Notes: generated by a model from the sequence alone, not told the origin. DNA of 64,000 nt from Bacillota bacterium (GCA_036377675.1 DASUXY010000026.1:5444-69443), one strand, 5' to 3'; counted from the first letter of the stretch, positions 39,161 to 49,405 are shown. Program-made: numbers and translations.

Positions 39161-40765
39161 TTACTCTTCAATATATACTTCTTGTAAATCAAAAACGTCT
39201 GTTGGTAATGTCTTTAATCCTTTCACTTTGTCACTCACACCATATAAGAACTCCTGATGGTGAATATAGAGCATTGGGGCAATATCTGCTAGCATTTCTT
39301 GTGCTTCTTTATACAACCCTAATCGTTGATCTGGATCCGATTCTTGACGTGCATCTTCTAGAATTTTGTCTAAGTCATCGTCTTTCGTGAATGTACGGTT
39401 TCCGGGGTCTCCAACATTTTCGGAGTGGAAAAGTGGATAAAGGGCATAATCCGCATCACCCGTTACTGTAGACCAGCCGAGGACGAACATGTCATGCTTT
39501 CCTTCAGCTGTTTGCTCAAGATAGGAACCCCACTCAAGCGTTTCTATTTCTACTTCAATGCCAAACTCCTCCAGTTGTGCTTGAATGTTTGTAGCCATAT
39601 CGACACGTTCACGTTGATCATTTGTCCATAGTGTTGTTTTAAAGCCGTCTTCATAGCCTGCTTCTTTTAACAACTCTTTCGCTTTGTCTGGATCATATTC
39701 TAAACCATCGACACTTTCGTCATAACCTAATACGTCTGGTGCTAACGGTCCGGTCGCTGGAATTCCTACTCCATCATAAATACCGTCGATAATTTGATCC
39801 TTATCGATCGCCATGTTAATCGCTTGACGCACTTTTGGGTCGTCAAACGGTTCTTTTTCCATATTAAAACCGACATAGGATAAACTTACACTGGGCTGCT
39901 TATGGACAAACAGTCCCTCCGTGTTCTCAACTTGATCGACATCAGACGGACTTAATGGGTCGGAAATGTGTGCATCCTCAGTCTCAAGTTCGGCAACACG
40001 CGTCAAATCTTCTTCAACGACTTTAAAGGTAACCGAATCGAGTAAAGCATTGTCTCCCCAATAATCTTCGTTTTTCACAAGGCGAACTTGTTCACCTGGC
40101 GTCCATTCATCGAATTTGAAATAGCTCGTACCAACAGGATTCTTATTAACGACAGAACCTGGTTCCTTTCCATCTTCCATCGCCGCATAATCTTCCTCAA
40201 TAACATCTAAAGAGACCATGGAGCCACCTCTATGGGCTAAATGTGCTGGTAATGGCGCAAATGGAAATTCAGTCTTAAATCTTACTGTATAATCATCAAC
40301 GACTTCAACTTCTTCAATCATCGTGTATAAAAATGCAACCGGAGAAGCGACATCTTCATCAAGGACTCGTTCAATATTTGCTTTTACGACTTCAGCATTG
40401 AAGTCTGATCCATCATGGAATTTTACCCCTTCACGAAGTTTGAACTCCCATATGTCGTCTTCAACAGCGTCCCAGCTTTCGGCAAGTCCTGGTTGAAGCT
40501 CCATATCTTCGTCTTGGTAAACGAGTGTTTCATAGATATTTTCCTGAACTTTACTGGATGGAGCATCATTTTCACCCGCAGGATCTAATGTAACGATATC
40601 AGCGTGTTCTGCAATGACAAGGTCGCCACCCTTATCACCAGGTTTTTCAGTCTTACCATCATCTGCAACATCTTCATCTGGGTCGCCTGCGCAAGCGACG
40701 AGAGTGAAGCTAAGCATGACGAGTAAAGCAATTAGTGAAAAGAATGACTTTTTTGATAGTTTCAC
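39161..40765 (-). CDS. Peptide/nickel ABC transporter substrate-binding lipoprotein (SBP family 5), locus 2
   Basis: The lipobox is LVACAG and a 534-aa family-5 body follows. The GTG start lies 8 nt after GGGGGG. Confidence 0.85.
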   Translation of the reverse strand: MKLSKKSFFSLIALLVMLSFTLVACAGDPDEDVADDGKTEKPGDKGGDLVIAEHADIVTLDPAGENDAPSSKVQENIYETLVYQDEDMELQPGLAESWDAVEDDIWEFKLREGVKFHDGSDFNAEVVKANIERVLDEDVASPVAFLYTMIEEVEVVDDYTVRFKTEFPFAPLPAHLAHRGGSMVSLDVIEEDYAAMEDGKEPGSVVNKNPVGTSYFKFDEWTPGEQVRLVKNEDYWGDNALLDSVTFKVVEEDLTRVAELETEDAHISDPLSPSDVDQVENTEGLFVHKQPSVSLSYVGFNMEKEPFDDPKVRQAINMAIDKDQIIDGIYDGVGIPATGPLAPDVLGYDESVDGLEYDPDKAKELLKEAGYEDGFKTTLWTNDQRERVDMATNIQAQLEEFGIEVEIETLEWGSYLEQTAEGKHDMFVLGWSTVTGDADYALYPLFHSENVGDPGNRTFTKDDDLDKILEDARQESDPDQRLGLYKEAQEMLADIAPMLYIHHQEFLYGVSDKVKGLKTLPTDVFDLQEVYIEE

Positions 40766-40885
40766 GATCCATACCCCCCATATTTTTGTTATTTCACTCT
40801 ATTTATCGAGTAAAATAAAGATTGAACCCCTAATTTAATATACCTAAAAAAAGTAAAAATTACAAGATACTACCCTTTGTTGATA

Positions 40886-40913
40886 TTGTAAAATGATACA
40901 AAGATGATATAAT
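40886..40913 (+). promoter_or_regulatory. Sigma-A-type promoter candidate (extended -10) for the locus 2 permease/ATPase operon
   Basis: TTGTAA-N16-(TGa)TATAAT, about 230 nt upstream of the first permease gene. Confidence 0.45.
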
Positions 40914-41145
40914 TAGTTATAGTATATTGGGTGTATTTTATGATCATCCGGCAATACGATTGGCAGAAAAAAAACTGTATTTGGGTATAAAGACTTAACT
41001 CGAATGCCTAATCTACTATTCTTTTATTACTGTTAATACCACGGTTACGTAGAAAACTTTGGTGGATTTCCGTATTTAAATCCAATCTAAACGACTGGAT
41101 CAAAAAGAGAATAATGATTCTGTTGAGAAAGGATGTAATCAGATC

Positions 41146-42042
41146 ATGAGGGAACCAGCAACTGAAATGATATCAATAGAAAAGAAGCCTGCGAATCCTT
41201 TAATTCAAACTTGGAAAATCTTTTTTAAAAAGTTACGAAAAAACAGGGCCGCTATGGTGGGCGGTTTTTTTATCGTGTTTTTTATCATTACAGCGATCGT
41301 CGGACCGTACTTTACACCGTATGCACCGGAGACGACCGATGTCGTTAATAAATTAGCGCCACCTTCAGCCGATCACTGGTTTGGCACTGACCATCACGGT
41401 AGAGATATTTTTTCACGCATCATTCATGGAATGTCAATTACGCTTTATGTCGGATTTGCTTCCGTTATATTAGGTGCGACAGTTGGTGTCGTGTTAGGAA
41501 TTATTTCTGGTTATTATGGTGGGCGGATCGATACAATTATTATGAGAACGATGGACGTATTATTAGCTTTTCCAGGAATTTTATTAGCATTAGCCATTGT
41601 TAGTGTTCTCGGTGGAAGCTTGCAAAACGTCATTATTGCCGTTGCCATTTCATCAGTACCTGTTTTTGCTCGGATTGTGAGAGGATCTACGTTAGCTGTT
41701 AAACAATTAGAATATATTGATGCTGTCCGAGCATTAGGTGCGAGTGATTTTCGGATCATTTTCAAACATATTTTACCGAACGTTTCTTCACCGATTATTG
41801 TCCAAGCAACGTTAAGTATTGCGACAGCAATCTTATCTGCAAGTGGTCTTTCCTTCCTTGGACTTGGTGCTCAACCACCGACTCCTGAATGGGGAGCAAT
41901 GCTCAGCGATGGGCGTAACTACTTATATAATGCCCCACACGTTGCCCTTTATCCTGGAATTATGATCGTTCTTATCGTCTTGGCGTTTAATATACTTGGG
42001 GACGGATTAAGAGATGCACTTGATCCAAAAATGAAAAACTAA
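41146..42042 (+). CDS. Peptide ABC transporter permease (DppC/OppC-like), locus 2
   Basis: HWFGTDHHGRDIFSRIIHGMSITL..., and the EAA loop ...YIDAVRALGASDFRIIFKHILPN... Confidence 0.85.
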   Translation: MREPATEMISIEKKPANPLIQTWKIFFKKLRKNRAAMVGGFFIVFFIITAIVGPYFTPYAPETTDVVNKLAPPSADHWFGTDHHGRDIFSRIIHGMSITLYVGFASVILGATVGVVLGIISGYYGGRIDTIIMRTMDVLLAFPGILLALAIVSVLGGSLQNVIIAVAISSVPVFARIVRGSTLAVKQLEYIDAVRALGASDFRIIFKHILPNVSSPIIVQATLSIATAILSASGLSFLGLGAQPPTPEWGAMLSDGRNYLYNAPHVALYPGIMIVLIVLAFNILGDGLRDALDPKMKN

Positions 42043-42058
42043 CGAAGGGGTGCAATGC

Positions 42059-43015
42059 ATGCTTACTTATATTATTAGACGTTTACTACAAACCATACCC
42101 GTCATTATTGGGGTTTCTTTAATTGTTTTTAGTTTGATGCACCTAATTCCAGGCGATCCAGCTCAAATCATGGCTGGTGAAAGTGCACCTAAGGAGCAAG
42201 TCGAAAACATACGGGAACGGTTAGGTTTAAACGATTCATACCCCGTACAGTATTGGAATTATATTCGTGATGCCGCTAAGGGGGACCTCGGAAGCTCGAT
42301 TCGAAGCGGACGGGACGTTACAGAAGAAATTGGTGGACGCTTTTGGGTGACTGTCGAATTAGCGATTTACAGTACAGCGTTAAGTGTCTTTCTCGGTTTA
42401 ATTGCTGGAATCGTCTCGGCCACTAAAAAGTATTCGTGGCAAGACGTCACGCTGATGGTTCTTGCACTCTTTGGACTATCGATGCCGAACTTCTGGCTCG
42501 GATTAATGTTGATTAAATGGTTTGCGATCGGTTTTGATTTACCATCTTGGATTCCATTTATTGAAAATACAAGTTGGTTTAAACCATCAGGCTGGGGAAG
42601 CTTTCAACAAGTCGTTTTACCAGTCATAACACTTGGAACTGGGGGAGCTGCTATTATTGCCCGAATGACGAGATCGAGTATGCTTGAAGTCATTGACCAA
42701 GACTACATTCGAACAGCTCGTGCAAAAGGGGCAAAAGAAAGAGTCGTTATTTATCGACACGCCTTAAAAAACGCCTTAATTCCAGTAGTAACCGTTGTCG
42801 GACTCCAATTTGGAGCACTGTTAGGTGGAGCTGTTTTGACAGAGACCGTTTTTGCCATCAATGGGCTCGGAAAATTAATTATCGATGCCATTCAGGCTCG
42901 TGACTTCCCAGTTGTCCAAGGCTCTGTTCTCGTCGTATCACTGCTCTTCGTTCTCGTCAATATGATTGTGGATATCACGTATCGTTACTTGAATAAGCGA
43001 ATTGACTTAAATTAG
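42059..43015 (+). CDS. Peptide ABC transporter permease (DppB/OppB-like), locus 2
   Basis: MLTYIIRRLLQTIPVIIGVSLIVFSLMHLIPGDP... and ...DYIRTARAKGAKERVVIYRHALKNA... The start is moved to ATG 42059, after AAGGGGTG. Confidence 0.85.
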   Translation: MLTYIIRRLLQTIPVIIGVSLIVFSLMHLIPGDPAQIMAGESAPKEQVENIRERLGLNDSYPVQYWNYIRDAAKGDLGSSIRSGRDVTEEIGGRFWVTVELAIYSTALSVFLGLIAGIVSATKKYSWQDVTLMVLALFGLSMPNFWLGLMLIKWFAIGFDLPSWIPFIENTSWFKPSGWGSFQQVVLPVITLGTGGAAIIARMTRSSMLEVIDQDYIRTARAKGAKERVVIYRHALKNALIPVVTVVGLQFGALLGGAVLTETVFAINGLGKLIIDAIQARDFPVVQGSVLVVSLLFVLVNMIVDITYRYLNKRIDLN

Positions 43016-43077
43016 TCATATGGGTCGTTTCTTAACATGATAGTTGAAAAGACCGCTTACTTGAAAGGTGTGAAACT

Positions 43078-44115
43078 ATGGTCACCAAATCAGATTCAAC
43101 AGAGAACATTTTAGAAATTAATGATTTAAGAACTTCCTTTTTTACAGAGGATTTAGAAGTAAAAGCCGTTGACGGCGTATCATTTACAATACCAAAAGGT
43201 AAAACTGTCGGACTCGTTGGTGAATCAGGATCCGGAAAAAGTATTACTTCTTTATCGATTCTCCAACTCGTCGATGCTCCTGGAAAAATCGTCGGTGGTG
43301 AAATTAATTTTAAAGGTGAAAATCTACTTGATAAATCAGAAGCAGAAATGCGAAAAATTCGTGGTAAAGAGATCTCGATGGTTTTCCAAGAACCAATGAC
43401 ATCGTTAAACCCAACATATACGGTCGGCCAGCAAATTGGTGAATCATTTATGATCCATGATAAGGTAAGCAAAAAGGAAGCGTATAAACGCTCATTAGAG
43501 ATGTTAAAACTCGTCGGCATCCCTTCCCCAGAAAAGCGTATCGATCAATATCCGCACGAACTATCTGGTGGAATGAGACAGCGTGTGATGATTGCTATTG
43601 CTCTCGCTGGTAATCCTGAATTGCTAATCGCTGATGAACCGACGACAGCACTTGACGTAACGATTCAAGCGCAAATCTTAGAGCTGATTAAAGATTTACA
43701 AGAGCGATTGAATATGTCTGTTTTACTCATTACCCATGACTTAGGTGTCGTAGCGGAAACATGTGACTACGTCGCCGTCATGTACAGTGGAAAAATCGTC
43801 GAATATGCGGACGTACGATCTATTTTTAACAATCCACAACATCCATATACGGTAGGCTTAATTCATTCTCTTCCGCCGCATGATCGGGATATCGAAGGAG
43901 ATTTACCTGTAATTAAAGGTGCCGTACCAAGCCCTAGTGAAATGCCAGAAGGGTGTCGATTTGCACCCCGCTGTCCATTTGCTAGCGAGATTTGCAACAC
44001 GTTACCACAGTTGAAGACGGATGAACGAGGTAACCAAGTGAGATGCTGGATTTATACAGACGAATGGGATGGGGATCCGGAGGTGAATGTACGTGAAAAA
44101 GAAAGAACTTCTTAA
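43078..44115 (+). CDS. Peptide ABC transporter ATP-binding protein (DppD/OppD-like), locus 2
   Basis: Walker [10 protein letters not shown], signature LSGGMRQR, Walker [13 protein letters not shown]. Confidence 0.85.
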   Translation: MVTKSDSTENILEINDLRTSFFTEDLEVKAVDGVSFTIPKGKTVGLVGESGSGKSITSLSILQLVDAPGKIVGGEINFKGENLLDKSEAEMRKIRGKEISMVFQEPMTSLNPTYTVGQQIGESFMIHDKVSKKEAYKRSLEMLKLVGIPSPEKRIDQYPHELSGGMRQRVMIAIALAGNPELLIADEPTTALDVTIQAQILELIKDLQERLNMSVLLITHDLGVVAETCDYVAVMYSGKIVEYADVRSIFNNPQHPYTVGLIHSLPPHDRDIEGDLPVIKGAVPSPSEMPEGCRFAPRCPFASEICNTLPQLKTDERGNQVRCWIYTDEWDGDPEVNVREKERTS

Positions 44116-45106
44116 AGTAAAAGACCTCAAACAATACTTTCCGATTAAAGGAGGGCTCCTCGGCCGAACAGTAAATGTTGTGAAGGCCGTTGACGGGATT
44201 TCTTTTATTGTTTATGAAGGTGAAACTCTTAGCATCGTCGGTGAATCAGGCTGTGGAAAGTCAACAACAGGAAGAGCCATCTTACGTCTTGATGAACCGA
44301 CGAGTGGCGAAATCGAATTTGATGGTGAAAACCTCTTGGCATTGAATAAGCGACAAATGCGCAAAAAAAGAAAAGATTTACAAGTCATTTTCCAAGATCC
44401 GTATGGGTCGCTAAACCCGAGACAAACGATTCGGCAAATTCTTACTGAAGCGATGGAGATTCAAAATTCGGTGCCAAAAAAAGAACGGCCCCAACGAATT
44501 TTAGAATTAATGAAAACAGTCGGCTTAAATGCTCAGCAAATCGATCGCTTCCCACATGAGTTTAGTGGTGGGCAACGTCAACGAGTTGGGATTGCTCGTG
44601 CTTTATCGGTAAACCCAAAATTAATAATCGCAGATGAAGCTGTCTCAGCTCTGGATGTGTCGATTCAAGCCCAAGTGATTAACTTACTGAAAAAATTACA
44701 GCGTGATTTTAAACTGACATATTTATTCATTTCCCATGACTTAGGTGTTGTCCGTCACATATCTGATCGAATTATCGTTATGTATTTAGGAAAAATCGTC
44801 GAGATTGCTAATAAAAAAGATTTATTTACGAGCCCTAAACATCCGTATACAAAATCGCTTCTTTCCGCTATTCCGAGTATCGACCCAGATAAGAAAAAAG
44901 AACGGATTATTTTAAAAGGAGACGTACCTTCTCCCATCGATCCTCCAACAGGTTGCCGGTTCCATACGCGCTGTCCATTTGCAACGGAAAAATGTGCAGC
45001 TGAAGAACCGGTATTACAACAGGAGGAAAGCATGAAAGAAGGACATCAAGCCGCTTGCCATTATATAGAAGAAATTGAAGCGGGACTCCATCAACCGACA
45101 CGTTAA
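44093..45106 (+). CDS. Peptide ABC transporter ATP-binding protein (DppF/OppF-like), locus 2
   Basis: Walker A GESGCGKST, signature FSGGQRQR, Walker B LIIADEAVSALD. GTG 44093, 7 nt after GGAGGTGA, is preferred to ATG 44087. Confidence 0.85.
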   Translation: MKKKELLKVKDLKQYFPIKGGLLGRTVNVVKAVDGISFIVYEGETLSIVGESGCGKSTTGRAILRLDEPTSGEIEFDGENLLALNKRQMRKKRKDLQVIFQDPYGSLNPRQTIRQILTEAMEIQNSVPKKERPQRILELMKTVGLNAQQIDRFPHEFSGGQRQRVGIARALSVNPKLIIADEAVSALDVSIQAQVINLLKKLQRDFKLTYLFISHDLGVVRHISDRIIVMYLGKIVEIANKKDLFTSPKHPYTKSLLSAIPSIDPDKKKERIILKGDVPSPIDPPTGCRFHTRCPFATEKCAAEEPVLQQEESMKEGHQAACHYIEEIEAGLHQPTR

Positions 45107-45113
45107 TGACAAC

Positions 45114-45148
45114 AAAACGCTCTCAGACTCCATACTGAGGCGTTTTTT
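45114..45148 (+). terminator. Terminator after locus 2
   Basis: AAAACGCTCTCAG-actccata-CTGAGGCGTTTT + TTAT. Confidence 0.7.
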
Positions 45149-45303
45149 ATATACATATTCTTTGCCGATTGGGATATTTCCTGTAACCAATCGTCATACA
45201 TGCATTTTGATTGCTTCAACAGTCGCGATATGTTACATAATAACTGATCGACACTAGAAGCCGTATGTGACATGATTCCACCTCTAGAAAGAAGGGATGT
45301 AGC

Positions 45304-45555
45304 ATGAAGGGACTCGTCATGATTGAAGTATGTGAAGGAAATGAATTAAATACACTTGACATCGAAGATATTTTGGAAAGTGAATATCCAGAAGTCGCTG
45401 TCTTAATCAATGAGTGTCTATCTTTTTGTGGATTGTGCCGTGTCAGACCGTTTGCACTCGTGAACAATAAACGAGTTTTTGGAAAAACACGTGAAGATTG
45501 CTTGAACAACATTTACAAAGCTATTAAAAAAGAACTAGCTACACTCCAGTCATAA
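45304..45555 (+). CDS. DUF1450 (YuzB-like) small Cys-containing protein
   Basis: MIEVCEGN...CLSFCGLCRVRPFALVNNKRVFG... matches the DUF1450 pattern (C..N...C...CG.C...PFALVNG) as I recall it. Confidence 0.65.
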   Translation: MKGLVMIEVCEGNELNTLDIEDILESEYPEVAVLINECLSFCGLCRVRPFALVNNKRVFGKTREDCLNNIYKAIKKELATLQS

Positions 45556-45632
45556 CTAGTTCTTTCTTTTTTACTCTATTTACAAACATTTTGCCGATCT
45601 TATGTAGACGTCTTCTTTTTCCCCTTCGTTCC

Positions 45633-46010
45633 CTATTTCTTATGAGCAATGACATCCATTTCTACGAGAACATCTTTCGGTAAACGACTGACTTCAACGG
45701 TCGCTCGCGCTGGATAAGGTTGTTGTAAATATGATCCATAAATGTCATTGACGAGTGTAAAGTCATCCATCGATGATAAAAAGATCGTAAATTTGACGAC
45801 TTGTGAAAAGTCAGTACCTGCTTTTTTTAAAATGGCTTGTAAATTGGCTAACACTTGTTTCGTCTGTGCTTCAACTCCTTCAACGACTTCACCTGTTTCA
45901 GGTTGAATCCCAATCTGTCCTGATACGAAAACAAAATCACCCGCTTCAATCGCTTGTGAATATGGACCAATCGCCGCTGGGGCTTGATCTGTATGAATTT
46001 CTTTTAACAT
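45633..46010 (-). CDS. ridA: RidA-family reactive-intermediate deaminase (YabJ/YjgF-like)
   Basis: ...APAAIGPYSQAIEAGDFVFVSGQIGIQPETGEVV...QTKQVLANLQAILKKAG...PARATVEVSRLPKDVLVEMDVIA. Confidence 0.85.
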   Translation of the reverse strand: MLKEIHTDQAPAAIGPYSQAIEAGDFVFVSGQIGIQPETGEVVEGVEAQTKQVLANLQAILKKAGTDFSQVVKFTIFLSSMDDFTLVNDIYGSYLQQPYPARATVEVSRLPKDVLVEMDVIAHKK

Positions 46011-46161
46011 TTCATTTTCCTCCTCATCATAGTCATTCTCTCTTTAGCATTCGATAGTTAATTATTTCTATCATAACACGTCTTGGATTCATATGCTCTT
46101 CTTCTCTTCCAATCTTCGCCCGCCCATGTCTTTATGCGTAACCACAATACTAACATGAGCA

Positions 46162-46285
46162 TTATCCACATGATGATCCGATAAGAAGAGCGTTTTTTAC
46201 TATATTTAGCATTTAAAAAGAGATTTTATACTAAATATAGAGTTATCCTCACAATTATCCACAATCTGTGGATAATTTATTCACA
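46162..46285. promoter_or_regulatory. Cluster of five DnaA boxes (three perfect), not at oriC
   Basis: TTATCCACA at 46162-46170 and 46255-46263, and TGTGGATAA at 46267-46275, are all perfect. TTATCCTCA (46243-46251) and TTATTCACA (46277-46285) each have one mismatch. Confidence 0.6.
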
Positions 46286-46296
46286 GAACTCACAAC

Positions 46297-47634
46297 TTAC
46301 TGCTGTTGAAAAAGTTCTTTCTTTCGCCATTTTCCAAAACGGAAATATAAAAAAGCAATTAAACTACTCACAACAAAGCTCGTTCCCATCCCAATCGCGA
46401 TTCCAGATTCGCCGAAGAAGTGAGCGAAAAGCTTCGTCAATGGAAAACGCAATACCCAAAATGAGATTAAATTCAACGCCAGAACTTGATACATTGCACC
46501 AGATGCACGAACAATACCATTCAAAATAAAGTTAATTCCTAAAAACGGATAGCATAAAGCGATGATTTGCAAATACGTCGCTCCAAAGGATACAGCCTCT
46601 CGTTCTTGAATAAAAAGGCGTACACCATAATGAGCAAACAAGACGACAAAAATTCCGATTGCAAGCATCACCGAGAAATTGTACAAGACGCCATAGATGG
46701 CAATTTTACGAACGCGCTTCCAATTTTGTACTCCAATATTTTGTCCAGCCATACTACTCACCGCTGTACCGAGGGCATGAGCAGGCAACATAATGACACT
46801 GTCCAATCGTTGTGCGGCTCCAAATCCGCCGACGACACTGGCACCGAATGTCGTCACGACACTCATAATCGCAGCTGAACCAGCCGAAATGACTGCCATT
46901 TGTAGCCCTGATGGAATACCTAAGTGTAAAATTAAACCGACTTCTCGTAACGAAGGAAGATGAGGAATCGTAAACGGGGCGAGCTTCCGACGCAACACGG
47001 TAATGACTCCATAAATGAATGCAACTCCTTGGGAAACAATCGTTGCATAAGCTGCTCCTTCAATCCCCCAATTAAAACCGGCGATAAATAACGGATCAAG
47101 AACGGTATTCAACGCCACAGCAAGCATAACAAAACGTAGTGGTGTTTTACTATCCCCTAAAGCACGTAATACCGTACTGATAAAATTGTAGCCAAATAAA
47201 AATAACATTCCTAAAAAGTTAATTTGTAAATACGCATTCGCCCCGGCCATCATCGACTTAGGAATTCCTAATAACTGTAACAGTTGCTCTGAAAATATAA
47301 AACCAAGCCCACTCAGTCCAAATGACATAACGGTTAAAATAACAACAAAAGCGTTTAAATACCTTCGTAAACCGTCTTCATCTTTACGACCCTTTTGTTG
47401 AGATAAGATTGTTAAAGCTGCATTATTCATACCGATGACAAAAGATAAAACGATAAAAATGATCGTTCCAGACACCGCAACAGACCCTAAAGCATTTGCT
47501 CCAAGTAAATTACCAATCCACAAACTATCGACAAATTGATAAGACGTTTGTAATAGATTCGTTAGCATAATTGGAGCTGAAAAAACAATCAATTGTTTCC
47601 ATATATTCCCCTCTGTAAAATCATGCTGTTTCAT
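46297..47634 (-). CDS. MATE-family efflux transporter
   Basis: TEGNIWKQLIVFSAPIMLTNLLQTSYQFVDSLWIGNLLG... is the classic MATE N-terminus, and the protein has 12 TM segments. Confidence 0.85.
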   Translation of the reverse strand: MKQHDFTEGNIWKQLIVFSAPIMLTNLLQTSYQFVDSLWIGNLLGANALGSVAVSGTIIFIVLSFVIGMNNAALTILSQQKGRKDEDGLRRYLNAFVVILTVMSFGLSGLGFIFSEQLLQLLGIPKSMMAGANAYLQINFLGMLFLFGYNFISTVLRALGDSKTPLRFVMLAVALNTVLDPLFIAGFNWGIEGAAYATIVSQGVAFIYGVITVLRRKLAPFTIPHLPSLREVGLILHLGIPSGLQMAVISAGSAAIMSVVTTFGASVVGGFGAAQRLDSVIMLPAHALGTAVSSMAGQNIGVQNWKRVRKIAIYGVLYNFSVMLAIGIFVVLFAHYGVRLFIQEREAVSFGATYLQIIALCYPFLGINFILNGIVRASGAMYQVLALNLISFWVLRFPLTKLFAHFFGESGIAIGMGTSFVVSSLIAFLYFRFGKWRKKELFQQQ

Positions 47635-47785
47635 CGAGCAATCACAACCTTTTCATGACTCTCATTTTATCATAGCATGTTTAACGAACACTGACGAAAT
47701 AAAATTGCGAATCATTTATTCCAATAGTTTGAATTGTGTGATATTATAAATAAAACATTCAAACCTATAGAGGAGCTGGTTGCCT

Positions 47786-49405
47786 ATGATGGATGTCTCT
47801 TTAACAGTTGGGGCAATGATGGAACATGCGGAGAAATTTTTTCCAAAAAAAGAAGTCATCTCACAAACACATGACAAAATTCATCGACTTAACTATTTAC
47901 AAGTCGGAAAGCGAACGAGACGGTTAATGAGTGCTCTCCATGAGCTCGGCATACGCAAAGGGGACCGCGTCGGGACACTTGCTTGGAACCATCATCGTCA
48001 TTTAGAAATATACTTCGCCGCACCAGGAATGGGAGCTGTTTTACACACGATTAATATTCGTCTATCACCGGAACATATCATTTATATTATTAATCATGCC
48101 GAAGACAAAGTTCTCTTCATCGACGAAGACCTTTTACCACTCATCGAAAACATTCAAGATTCATTGCCAACTGTTGAGGCCTTTATTGTTATGACCGATC
48201 GCGATGAACTTCCAGAGTCTACTTTACAACCGCTTTTTTCATATGAACAATTACTGACAACAGGGGACGCTGCGTATCCCTTTCGAGACGATCTCGATGA
48301 AAAAGATCCAGCAGGCATGTGCTATACGTCAGCAACAACTGGAAAGCCGAAAGGGGTTATCTATTCCCACCGTGGGATCGCATTGCATAGCTTCATCTTA
48401 GGATTAGCTGATACAGGAGCATTGTCGGAGTCAGATATAGCCATGCCCGTCGTTCCTCAATTTCACGTTAATGCTTGGGGGATTCCTTTTGCGTCTACGT
48501 GGTTTGGAGCAACCCAAGTGATGCCTGGTCCACGATTTACACCGAAACGGCTCGCTCAGTTTATTGAAACATATGGTGTAACGATAGCTGTCGGAGTACC
48601 GACGATTTGGCTCGGATTGTTACGCGAATTGGAACAAAAAGAGTACAATACGTCCAGTTTACGTGGAATCCTCTGTGGTGGTGCAGCCGCACCGTTAGGA
48701 ATGATTAAAACGTTTGAAGAAACCTATAACATTCCTTTTTATCACGCGTACGGCGCTACAGAAACGACACCACTCGTTACCTTTTCACGGATGAAAAGCT
48801 ATCAAAGAAATTTAACAGATGATGAAAAACTACTTGAACGTTCACGACAAGGTATTCTTGTACCTGGATTAGAAATGAAAGTCATCGGAAATGATGGAGA
48901 AGTTCAATGGAATGATGAAGAAATGGGTGAATTATTATTACGTGGACCGTGGATTGCCAATGAATATTATAAAGATTCGCGGAGTGAAGACGCTTTTAAG
49001 GATGGTTGGTTTCATACAGGGGACGTTGTCTCTGTTGATGAAGAAGGAACGATTAAAATTATCGACCGAACACAAGACTTAATTAAAAGTGGTGGTGAAT
49101 GGATTTCATCGGTCGATATTGAAAACGCACTCATGGCGCATGAAGCTGTTTTTGAAGCGAGTGTCGTCGCAATTCCTGACCCACAATGGCAAGAACGTCC
49201 CATCGCTTGTGTCGTGTTGCATGAAAACTTTGTCGGACACGTAGATAAAGAGGATTTATTAAACTTTTTACGTCCACAATTTGCTAAGTTTTGGATTCCA
49301 GATGATATCTTATTTTTGGATAGCATACCGAAAACATCAGTCGGTAAATTTTTAAAGCGCGAACTACGGAAGCAAGTGTTAAAACATTATAGTTTACAAG
49401 ATTAA
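47786..49405 (+). CDS. Acyl-CoA synthetase / fatty-acid--CoA ligase (AMP-binding family)
   Basis: The AMP-binding signature is YTSATTGKPKGV. Also present are ...YGATE..., ...GWFHTGD... and the C-terminal ...KTSVGKFLKRELR. The ATG lies 9 nt after AGAGGAG. Confidence 0.85.
   Translation: MMDVSLTVGAMMEHAEKFFPKKEVISQTHDKIHRLNYLQVGKRTRRLMSALHELGIRKGDRVGTLAWNHHRHLEIYFAAPGMGAVLHTINIRLSPEHIIYIINHAEDKVLFIDEDLLPLIENIQDSLPTVEAFIVMTDRDELPESTLQPLFSYEQLLTTGDAAYPFRDDLDEKDPAGMCYTSATTGKPKGVIYSHRGIALHSFILGLADTGALSESDIAMPVVPQFHVNAWGIPFASTWFGATQVMPGPRFTPKRLAQFIETYGVTIAVGVPTIWLGLLRELEQKEYNTSSLRGILCGGAAAPLGMIKTFEETYNIPFYHAYGATETTPLVTFSRMKSYQRNLTDDEKLLERSRQGILVPGLEMKVIGNDGEVQWNDEEMGELLLRGPWIANEYYKDSRSEDAFKDGWFHTGDVVSVDEEGTIKIIDRTQDLIKSGGEWISSVDIENALMAHEAVFEASVVAIPDPQWQERPIACVVLHENFVGHVDKEDLLNFLRPQFAKFWIPDDILFLDSIPKTSVGKFLKRELRKQVLKHYSLQD

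Noticed and set aside
43032-43520. A 162-aa minus-strand ORF opposite the locus 2 OppD-like ATPase. Related antisense ORFs at 34435-34662 and 35448-35699 all contain a ...DSPT.P... segment.
   Set aside because: The recurring peptide is simply the reverse-complement reading of the conserved Walker A region (GESG.GKS) of ABC ATPases. It reflects conservation of the sense strand, not an overlapping gene family.
46162-46285. The idea that the DnaA-box cluster is a replication origin (oriC).
   Set aside because: No dnaA, dnaN, rpmH or gyrB-type origin neighbours are in the window. Only five boxes are present, and I cannot identify a DnaA-trio/unwinding element with confidence. A titration or regulatory cluster is the more conservative reading.
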